A DNA stretch of 64,000 nt from Epithemia pelagica (lineage: Eukaryota > Protista > Bacillariophyta), in NCBI GenBank assembly GCA_946965045.2, contig OX337241.1, positions 1,860,001 through 1,924,000 on the forward strand, in the 5' to 3' direction. Under the pieces are notes generated by a model that saw only the letters and a program-made list of their open reading frames with translations, was not told the DNA's origin and did not search any database. How positions within the stretch are numbered: position 1 is the first letter of the stretch; every line of letters starts with the position of its first letter. The translations under genes and the position numbers were made by a program. Shown here one piece after another: positions 12,020 through 20,075 of this stretch.

Positions 12020-14536
12020 CTCCCCACAACTCGTCGTTTCAGCCTTGTCATCATTGGATTTGTTGAGGTCTTGAACTTCTCCTTTCCAAAACAACAATGG
12101 CTTGAGCATGGGCCAGATAGATACGAAATCCCAATGTTTGCTAAGGATATCGGCGGGGTTGGTCTTTCCATCTTTCCAGTAGAATGCAACATACTTTGCT
12201 GCGATGGCTTCACGAACTCGGTGGTATGACAGAAGATGGTGTCTCTTGGATAGTATGGAATGAGGAACGGTTGCATTGAGCACAACAGATCTGTTATCTC
12301 CGTACATGTAACTTCGCTCTCGGATAGGTACTCCAAGGTAGCGGAGAGAATGTCGTAATTCTGTAATCTGATCTATCGCTGTCCTTGCAGCCACGAACTC
12401 GGATCCATAGGTAGCAGTTTCCACTGTGCTCTGTCTCTTGCTGTACCAGTCAATAGGTGTTCCGTTCAACAAATGTAGAACAGCAGTGACGGATTTACCA
12501 GTGACTATGTCATGCATGAGATTGGCATCAACATAATGAGTTGTAGTAACATAGCGGCCAAGAGGTGTTGGGCAGTCTTCAGGAATACGTTCACTTGCAT
12601 TCGAATAGACAGTGCGAGTCCAATCAAATTCTTGGGTAGGAAGACTTGAATAATCAGGCTCTCCAATCCTAAATCTGATTGCGCCTTCTGGGAGATGTGC
12701 AAGGTATCCATAGATACGCTTGGCTCTATCAAGATGTCCTTTCCTCGGAGCAGCACGAAAGCGTGATAGCGTCATTGTAGCGGTGAAGACGTCGAAACGA
12801 CCAATAGTGATCACCCATTGAAGTTGTCCAATCAGAGTTTGGAAATGGTTAGTACCTTCTTCATCAAGGAGCTCAGAATCGTCCAATTCAGGATGGTCTC
12901 CACCAATAAGAGGTGTTTTGGCTTTCTTGGGTTTCTCCTTGAAGATTCGTTCGAAAGTGTCCATCATCTTACCAATGTAGCGTCTTGGATCTGCTACTAA
13001 TGTTCCATCAGAATCCTTGGTGTAACAACATCCCAAGTGGAAATCAATAGGTCCATCTCCTTTGAGTTTGAAGTTGTATTTCTCCTTCAGGATCTTGCAG
13101 ATATTCCCAGGATCAGTAGAAATAATGGCTAAGTCATCAACGTATACGGCAATGTATTCGTAACAGTCTTCTCCAGGTGCCTTCCTCATCCAGATATCCG
13201 GATCTGCTTTGCTTGGTGAAAATCCCATGTCTGTCAAAACATCGAATAAGACATCATGCCAGCGTGCGCCTGATGACTTCAATCCATAAAGTGCCTTGTA
13301 TATAATCAGGATGTGACCTTCTAATTCCTTGAATTCAGGTCCTGCGACAATGAAAAGTTTCTCCCCTGTCAAGGCTTCCAGATATGCGTTTCCAATATCT
13401 GCTCCCCATATTTCCAAGTCATTCAAAGTACCCAGGAATAAGGCAATGCGGAGGTTGCGAATGGAAACAACACCTGAATAGATTGTCTCAACAGGTTCTT
13501 TTGTGAGATGTCCATCTGCGACAAGTCTTGCTTTATGTCGTCCATCATGTTTTACGTCAAAGACAAGATGTACACGTATCTTATGATATCCTTCAGGTGC
13601 ATTGGATACTTTCCCTTTAATGAAGATGGCTTTCCCAAAATCCTTGAATGTCTTGTAGGACTGGATCTGTGACAATTCTAATTCTGTTGCATCTTGCCAC
13701 TTTGTGTTGCCATGTTGTTTATCAAGAGTGACAGCTTCCTCATAATTGCGTGGTACTTGGAATCCAAACTTATACTTGACGGAATGGTGAACTTGTTTAA
13801 TCCTTGACTGTTTGGCTGCTCGAATGAGACGTTTGCTTGTTTTGACATAACGTTTCAAATGCTTCCATCCAGGTTCGTTGAGTAAATCATGTTTCTTTCC
13901 ATAAATTGCTACAGTGATCGGATCATCATTGGCGATGAGTGATAAAGGTTCATAGGTAGTCTCCCCAGTTTCCCAATCAACAAGCAAATTATATTTGCTC
14001 CCCTTGTAATCTGGATCAGTTGTGTTCAGTGGACCTTGATGGGCAATGACGTCCCTGAACCTGAAAAGATTATCTCCAGAGGTTTGAGCTTGGTTATCTC
14101 GTTCGATATACTCCATGAGTTGATTATAGGATATCATCTCATCAACATCAGAATTTGTCTTTCGGTAGATATACTTGACACGTTCTTCCTGTTTCGTTGC
14201 TTCTTCATTAAGATCAATGACTCGTTTGATGACACGTGCACGGTGTCGCTCCCCATTTTCTTCTGTGTCGCATAGGAATGTGCGTCCTATCATGTCGTCA
14301 AAATCGATCGTGGGCATTGGTTTGGATGGATCTTCACTATCACTGCGAATGAAGACAGTGTCAGCTTGCTTATCATTGTCATCCTTGTCAGACGAATCCT
14401 CCCCTGAAGGTCGATCCACACGTAGGTTAGGTGTAGTGGATTCAACACGGCGAACGGCAGAACGGTAGATGATCTGGTTATCCTGGGTGAGAATCTTCCA
14501 AGTAAAAGAATCACCAACGTTGTGAGCAAAACCAAC
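12014..14536 (-). CDS. pol: Pol C-terminal part: integrase C-terminus, chromo-like domain, reverse transcriptase, RNase H (in frame with the upstream ORF, separated only by a TGA)
   Basis: VFDVKHDGRHKARLVADG, ADIGNAYL, KALYGLKSSG, YVDD at 13133-13144, RNase H YVDANLMHD...E...YMYGDN...NPADILSK. The track ORF 12014-14419 extends in frame without stops to 14536. Confidence 0.95.
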   Translation of the reverse strand, partial: VGFAHNVGDSFTWKILTQDNQIIYRSAVRRVESTTPNLRVDRPSGEDSSDKDDNDKQADTVFIRSDSEDPSKPMPTIDFDDMIGRTFLCDTEENGERHRARVIKRVIDLNEEATKQEERVKYIYRKTNSDVDEMISYNQLMEYIERDNQAQTSGDNLFRFRDVIAHQGPLNTTDPDYKGSKYNLLVDWETGETTYEPLSLIANDDPITVAIYGKKHDLLNEPGWKHLKRYVKTSKRLIRAAKQSRIKQVHHSVKYKFGFQVPRNYEEAVTLDKQHGNTKWQDATELELSQIQSYKTFKDFGKAIFIKGKVSNAPEGYHKIRVHLVFDVKHDGRHKARLVADGHLTKEPVETIYSGVVSIRNLRIALFLGTLNDLEIWGADIGNAYLEALTGEKLFIVAGPEFKELEGHILIIYKALYGLKSSGARWHDVLFDVLTDMGFSPSKADPDIWMRKAPGEDCYEYIAVYVDDLAIISTDPGNICKILKEKYNFKLKGDGPIDFHLGCCYTKDSDGTLVADPRRYIGKMMDTFERIFKEKPKKAKTPLIGGDHPELDDSELLDEEGTNHFQTLIGQLQWVITIGRFDVFTATMTLSRFRAAPRKGHLDRAKRIYGYLAHLPEGAIRFRIGEPDYSSLPTQEFDWTRTVYSNASERIPEDCPTPLGRYVTTTHYVDANLMHDIVTGKSVTAVLHLLNGTPIDWYSKRQSTVETATYGSEFVAARTAIDQITELRHSLRYLGVPIRERSYMYGDNRSVVLNATVPHSILSKRHHLLSYHRVREAIAAKYVAFYWKDGKTNPADILSKHWDFVSIWPMLKPLLFWKGEVQDLNKSNDDKAETTSCGEC
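12020..12027 (-). other. Polypurine tract GTGGGGAG
   Basis: Purine-rich run on the element strand immediately before the 3' LTR. Confidence 0.8.
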
Positions 14537-17500
14537 TCAGTGGCCAAGTTTCTCATCAGAAGAAGATGGATAAGAACCGGAATTGAGTTCAGCGGGGTCG
14601 ACACGATAGTAAACCTCATCCCAGAAAGGAAAGAACAAGAGATGAGTAATGTCGGGTGGGCGTCCGGAGAGAGCCTCAAGAGGAGTGCGACCGGAGTGGG
14701 TGGGTGATGACGTATGGTTCAATAAGTCACAGACATACTCAAGGCAAAGAAGCCAGGTGTTGGCAGGGCAACCAGTGGCATTCATGAGAGCGTTGGTCAT
14801 ACGTTTAACGGTCTGGTAACGGTTTTCAGCCTTATTCTGGTGTTGATGATAAGGTTCGGATCGATACTCCCCAATAAGCAAAGTGCGAAGAATGTCTTTA
14901 ACCTTTTGAGAGATGAGAGATGAACCACCATCACTGATAAGAGTCTCCATGGCACCACGAAACCGGATGTTGTCCTGAAGAGTATTGACAAACTGTTTGG
15001 TTGACTTGATCCCATAGATATCAGTAACCAGAGTATCTCGACCAACAAAGATTTGTGCGACTTTACCGCCATGGTCAACAGCAGGGGTGTCGGAGAAAAC
15101 CGAGTCAGTAGCAACGGGTTCATGGCGTCGAGGTATATTAAGGACCGGATTGCGAGCCTTGAAATGTTTCTTGAGGGTGTCGTGGTCAAAAGTAATGCTA
15201 CCATTACGTGTAGTGTGCTTGAACGTATCGGCAATAACATCTTCAGATTGCCAACCAAAGAATGGACGGAACTTCTTCCAGTCATACGCTTCCTGGTAAC
15301 GACGGTGGACAGAGGCATGAAGTGTAGGATCATTACCTTCTGCGTCAGCATAGATAGAAAAGAAGGGTGCGTCGTCAGGTCCATGATCGTATGGGAGATC
15401 CAAAAGGAGATTGAGGTTACAAACAACACGATCAGTGTACTCCCCATAGTTGTCATATGGATGGTTCGACATACTACCATCAGTCTTGATGTGTTTCCAA
15501 TCAGGATCATTGTCAGAGGGTGTGGGAGAATACGAATGGTCCAGAACACCAGGATCCCATGTGTCGGGTGACGTGAAGATGATCTGAGGTAAGGTATCCA
15601 TGTCATCGTCGCTGGGGATACCCAAGGAGTGGATGTAGGCTAACCCATCCTTGATGTGAAGGGGTATGGCACGACCATCAAGTGTAGTGATGCGTTGTTT
15701 ACCATCAACTTTAACAGATCGTTCATCAACAGCAAGTCCGAAATGCTCGAATTGACCAGGAGCATGGATAGATAAGCCCTTCCCATAATAAGCATATTCA
15801 TTGAAGATGCCGACAATAGGTCCATCATTGGTCTCAAACTTTGCGGCACATGTGACGACAGGAAGTCCAGTAAGTTCATGGTTATCAATACCCACAATAG
15901 TGATATGGCGGCCAGTCTTAGAAAGGATGCGCATGTCAGAACCAGCAAGTCCTCCATTAGCACCACGGTCAATCAATTGATTCCCTGGTAAAGTAGATTT
16001 CCTGGAAAACAGATAGCGTGGAACATGTCCTGCTTGTTTATGCATGTTGGCTTTGAAAGTAACCTTCTTGCTCGTCTTGGACTTGGCGTTAGAAAGAACA
16101 CTAGTCAGGTCAGTTGCCGGGTGATTGATATCAGTCGTCATGGCTTGGTTGATAAATTGTGTAACCGGATCTGAATCATCTGAATGCTCAGTGACTACGC
16201 CAGGTGAGTCGTCATCAGATACAACTTGGTTGGGATCAGGATCAGGTTCCGGATCAATGTCGAGGGCATGTGTTTGCACTGTCCTCGGTGTTGTTGATGA
16301 AGGTGCTTGAATCATCTTGTTATATTCAATGATCAACTTGCGATCTTCTTCAGAAAGTTTGAACCATAGGTCACGCGGTAGACTAACCTTGGACGAAGAG
16401 GATGGAGATTCAGATGTCGCTTTGGTGTTGTGGACATGATACTCCATATCATCTTGTGAGGTTATGTCAGCATCTGTATCTTGGCCATATAGTGATTCAT
16501 GTTGTTTGACATGTCGACGGCGACTATGAACAGATGACTGGGTTGCTTGATCATGGTCATAAGCTGCGTCTAGAAGGAGACGGAAGTATGATTGATAGCA
16601 AAGGGATTTTGCACCGGATTTGGTGTTCACCACATTATCCAAGATCTTGACTCGGCGGAGATCAGGTACCTTTTCTACAGCTTGCATGAGGAAGGTCATC
16701 CTGGTATGATCAGGGATGCGATCAGACAATGTCACTAAATTGTCTAGCAAACGTAGCTGCTCTTGAAAGTGTAGAAGAAATTGACGTGTTGTTCCGCGCC
16801 ATGTGTCGTCAAGACGTAGATTGGAAATGTAGTTGGTTAAGCGGAGGACTTCTCGCTTTGCTAGGTCGGATTCCGTATGCAAAGAGTGTAACTTCTGCAA
16901 TACGGCACGCGCATCTTCATCATGTTCATGTTCACGTACATAGGCTCGACCTTGGTCAGTCTGAATGATACGGACAAGAACGGAGTAAAGAAATACTTGT
17001 TGCTCTTGGAAAAGTTCTTCGGCATACTCATCATCATGGGGTGGTGTGTATTTGAAATTCAGAACATTGGATAGGCCTTGAGCCTTAGCTGTAGTCTTGA
17101 ATACACGCCAGAATGAATCGTAGTATCGTTCATCCTTGAATACCTCATATGCAGTTGCGTCGCGCTTAGTTCCCTTTCTGAATGCTGTAAGGTCTTGTTG
17201 AGATTGGGATGCGGCAGTAACTGTGCTGACAGATTTCACAGATGACGGTGACTTCATTGGCGAGACTGGGACTTGGCTAGGTGGTCCCTTAGAGAAATCT
17301 GTGTTGATCCTCCAAGTGTTGAACTCTTTCCTCGTTAGGTTCATCCAGTCGCTATTGGATAGCTCGTCTTGAATTTCATTGGTCTTGTATGTGGCCCAAT
17401 AAGCCAAGAGCTTGATCTGCTGTCTTGTGGGGCCTTGTAGATCATGTGTCTGTTTGTTGACCTTGTATTGTGTCAGTTCCTTCATGGATTCCTCGGTATT

Positions 17501-17701
17501 AGTTTGCATATACGAGATAACATGGGTAATGTTCTCAAAACCATGGTATTTCATCCACTTCATTAAGTAGTCAGCCCTTTCTTTGGTAAAAAATTGGCAG
17601 ACAGTAAATATGATGTGGTCGAATAGGTCTGTGTCCGAGACATTGTCTTGGTTATCTTCTCCCTTAGGAGTCGTAGGTGTCTTGGGTGATTGAGGATCCA
17701 T
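14537..17701 (-). CDS. gag-pol: Gag-protease-integrase part of gag-pol (1054 aa, ends at premature TGA)
   Basis: Gag LRLDDTWRGTTRQFLLHF; protease LIDRGANGG (~15970); integrase ATDSVF (15104), ISDGG (14930), KAENR (14825), D2-to-E spacing exactly 35 codons. Confidence 0.95.
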   Translation of the reverse strand: MDPQSPKTPTTPKGEDNQDNVSDTDLFDHIIFTVCQFFTKERADYLMKWMKYHGFENITHVISYMQTNTEESMKELTQYKVNKQTHDLQGPTRQQIKLLAYWATYKTNEIQDELSNSDWMNLTRKEFNTWRINTDFSKGPPSQVPVSPMKSPSSVKSVSTVTAASQSQQDLTAFRKGTKRDATAYEVFKDERYYDSFWRVFKTTAKAQGLSNVLNFKYTPPHDDEYAEELFQEQQVFLYSVLVRIIQTDQGRAYVREHEHDEDARAVLQKLHSLHTESDLAKREVLRLTNYISNLRLDDTWRGTTRQFLLHFQEQLRLLDNLVTLSDRIPDHTRMTFLMQAVEKVPDLRRVKILDNVVNTKSGAKSLCYQSYFRLLLDAAYDHDQATQSSVHSRRRHVKQHESLYGQDTDADITSQDDMEYHVHNTKATSESPSSSSKVSLPRDLWFKLSEEDRKLIIEYNKMIQAPSSTTPRTVQTHALDIDPEPDPDPNQVVSDDDSPGVVTEHSDDSDPVTQFINQAMTTDINHPATDLTSVLSNAKSKTSKKVTFKANMHKQAGHVPRYLFSRKSTLPGNQLIDRGANGGLAGSDMRILSKTGRHITIVGIDNHELTGLPVVTCAAKFETNDGPIVGIFNEYAYYGKGLSIHAPGQFEHFGLAVDERSVKVDGKQRITTLDGRAIPLHIKDGLAYIHSLGIPSDDDMDTLPQIIFTSPDTWDPGVLDHSYSPTPSDNDPDWKHIKTDGSMSNHPYDNYGEYTDRVVCNLNLLLDLPYDHGPDDAPFFSIYADAEGNDPTLHASVHRRYQEAYDWKKFRPFFGWQSEDVIADTFKHTTRNGSITFDHDTLKKHFKARNPVLNIPRRHEPVATDSVFSDTPAVDHGGKVAQIFVGRDTLVTDIYGIKSTKQFVNTLQDNIRFRGAMETLISDGGSSLISQKVKDILRTLLIGEYRSEPYHQHQNKAENRYQTVKRMTNALMNATGCPANTWLLCLEYVCDLLNHTSSPTHSGRTPLEALSGRPPDITHLLFFPFWDEVYYRVDPAELNSGSYPSSSDEKLGH

Positions 17702-18021
17702 GGTGTTATTTGGTTGGTTCGATGTTTATTTAATGTGCGGTGTGATGTGGTTTATTTAATGTGTGATGTGATGTGAACCCGGATGTACCACGTGTGCCAC
17801 GTATGTACCACGTATGTAATACCCGGATGTGTGTTGTGATGTGCGACTCCTGGAAATTTCCGTTGATTTCGACAAATTTTCGCCGAGTTTCAACAAATTT
17901 TCGCCGAATTTTCGCGATTTGACGGGAATGTGTGGCGTGTTGTGCGACCAAGGGTACCCGGATGTGCGTTGATTTTAAGTCTTGGAAAGGTTTTGAGAGG
18001 ACGGGAGTTAACTATGAGTAA
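17702..18021 (-). promoter_or_regulatory. Putative internal promoter / 5' leader of gag-pol with short repeated motifs
   Basis: Element strand: ACATCCGGGT x3, ACGTGG x3, CGGCGAAAATTTGT x2, CACATTAAATAAAC x2, then a CA-rich leader ending AAATAACACC-ATG. Confidence 0.5.
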
Positions 18022-18801
18022 TTAAGCTTCGGTCTCTGAATCCTCACCCTCTTCCGAATGATCAGAGTCGCTTCCAGGCTCAGATGGGGCAGCACAAGCA
18101 ACAGAAGAAGGGGTATCACCTTCAGCCAGGTGGTTCTCGACCTCGGTACGCAAAGGGTAGATAGTTGCACGATGGTCCTCGATGGTATGGACCTCGTGGA
18201 TGTAGGCAACGTAGTTATCTAGGCGTACAACGTTAGGAGGCAGAGGGCAAGTCGTCGCGTTCACGACGTAGATGGTATTGTAGTATCCAGTTGGGCGCTC
18301 GAAGGTTAGGAAGCGGAGGTGGACAGTACGGATGGGGTTGCCCGAGAGGGCGGCAAAGATGAGGCGACGCCTCGGAGAGCGGTGAAGTTGGTCGTTCAGA
18401 CGGTCAATGTCTTCTTGGTCGACGATGTGGGTCACCGATTGGAACTGGCGTTCGATCTGGGTCTCCCCACGGATGATCTCGGGATCGAAGGTCGAACAAG
18501 TTGGTTGGCGGAAGTACTTGATATGATCAGCAATCAACCGGGTGGTACGACGGGATCGAGAAGGGACGAGCCGACGAGGCGGACTCGGGGGCCGAAGCAA
18601 CGGCGCAGGGATCGGAGCGTGAGGCTGGGTTGGAGTCTCGAATGGGTTGCTGTTGGAACTGTCGACGGAGATGTTGACCGATGTGTTGGCTGCCTTCGGC
18701 GTCGGCACCAGTTCCTGCTGCACCAGGGTATCGGGCTGCCCGGGATGCAGGTTGGCTCGATAGATCTGTCGTACAGGAGTGATAATCTCGTTAGTATCCA
18801 T
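18022..18801 (-). CDS. Extra ORF upstream of gag, 259 aa, unknown function
   Basis: Uninterrupted ATG-stop ORF starting 36 nt inside the 5' LTR boundary; Pro-rich N-terminus, mixed core, acidic tail; no motif recognised. Confidence 0.7.
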   Translation of the reverse strand: MDTNEIITPVRQIYRANLHPGQPDTLVQQELVPTPKAANTSVNISVDSSNSNPFETPTQPHAPIPAPLLRPPSPPRRLVPSRSRRTTRLIADHIKYFRQPTCSTFDPEIIRGETQIERQFQSVTHIVDQEDIDRLNDQLHRSPRRRLIFAALSGNPIRTVHLRFLTFERPTGYYNTIYVVNATTCPLPPNVVRLDNYVAYIHEVHTIEDHRATIYPLRTEVENHLAEGDTPSSVACAAPSEPGSDSDHSEEGEDSETEA

Positions 18802-18823
18802 GAAACCACAAGGAAATAAGCTT

Positions 18824-18837
18824 TGAGACTGTTAATC
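18824..18837 (-). other. Primer-binding site GATTAACAGTCTCA, predicted complementary to tRNA-Asn(GUU) anticodon arm
   Basis: Abuts the 5' LTR with no spacer and lacks TGG; its complement TGAGA-CTGTTAA-TC has the form of an anticodon stem-loop with GTT anticodon. Confidence 0.7.
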
Positions 18838-19620
18838 TGTTACAATTCTTTCTGAATCGTAGGGACATTGATGCTCGGTAGAGCAGACAATCAGGTAGGT
18901 CACCAACCGATACAAGCTTCTCAGGGTCAGAGAAGCAAGCAAGTCGAAGTCTATCAGAAGGATAGTCGGGACACAAAAGAGGATGTGATAAATGGTGATA
19001 TTGTTAGATTGTGTGTTGATTACTACGATAGGTCTACGTGAAATGTTCGGTCCTGCCAAGGGTCATGTATCATAGGTTCTTGGCGGCAACAGGTTTGGAA
19101 TAGTTGGAGTTGATTCATGTGATGTATATGACATGTATATGTGGGCGGATAACATATACAGGGTCAACAGCTCTTGCTTTGGGTTGGCATAGTTGTTTTC
19201 ATGGCGCGCAGCTTGTTGACAATTTGGAGATTGTGGGAATGGAAATATGGTCTCGCGTGATCGTGTGTCGTGCTTGGGATACTTAGACCGTTGGATCGGA
19301 TAGATGCCGATAGCGCTCGGATGTCGCTTGGGCGCGCTCGATGATTTCGGGCGCGTACGCTTAGGGCGTTAGTACAGTGTCCGAGCAACGGCCAAATTTA
19401 CGTCCGTTGTAATACCGCACGACCCAATTTAGTCTTGAGAGTGAGTTCGTCAATCTATTCTCACTTTTCATGATTTGCGAAGAAATATAGGTCGATATAG
19501 CGCGAAGCTAGGAAACATAGCTCGAAGCTAGAGGGCATGATGCGATAGCACGAGGCTATGTGACATGGGGAATCGATGAGATGTAGAATCTAACCACCAT
19601 AGACGGTGAGAATTCTAACA
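18838..19620 (-). repeat. 5' LTR (783 bp)
   Basis: Direct repeat of 11237-12019, followed by TSD TTTCA. Confidence 0.98.
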
Positions 19621-20075
19621 TTTCATGGTTCACCACAACATTGTGCCGTTGTGCCAGGACCCGTTCATGGTTGCAAAAATCTCTACGGAAGACTCTGATG
19701 AGTGTGTCTTCTGTTGTTTCAGGCATCAACTCTTCATGAGCAATGAGGTACTCAAGCCATGCTTTGGAAGAGACCTAATGGCCAAGAAGAGGGGGAAGAC
19801 CTCGTTTACGTCGTAGGGATCTCGTGATGGCTTCGGAAACATCACTTTTTGAGCTCATTTCAAAAATCCCCGTGCACAAAATGGCATAAATGGGTTCTTT
19901 AGAGACTGATCTTACTCTCTATTGTATTTTGTGCACGGGCTTTCGGCGACGGGACTCGTAATCCACATTGGAAGACTGCCATGGTCATTGCGAAAGAAAA
20001 AAAAAATGTGAGGGCAATCACCGCGAAATTTGAAAATCTATGATAAATCCTTAACCCTATACGGCCTCTTAGCAT

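Larger units (their letters stand above)
11237..19620 (-). mobile_element. Full-length Ty1/Copia LTR retrotransposon (CoDi-like), 8,384 bp
   Basis: Two 783-bp LTRs with TG...CA ends, 5-bp TSD, domain order Gag-PR-IN-RT-RH on the minus strand, PBS and PPT positions. Confidence 0.98.

Noticed and set aside
14520-14560. Programmed frameshift between the two large retroelement ORFs
   Set aside because: The ORFs are in the same frame (117 nt apart) and the break falls inside integrase, not at the Gag/Pol boundary; no slippery site is needed.
18319-18819. 166-aa + strand ORF antisense to ORF0
   Set aside because: Likely a shadow of the GC-rich ORF0; no independent evidence.
18824-18837. Tf1-like self-priming explanation for the non-TGG PBS
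   Set aside because: No complement of GATTAACAGTC found within the LTR by eye; the anticodon-arm match explains the site better.
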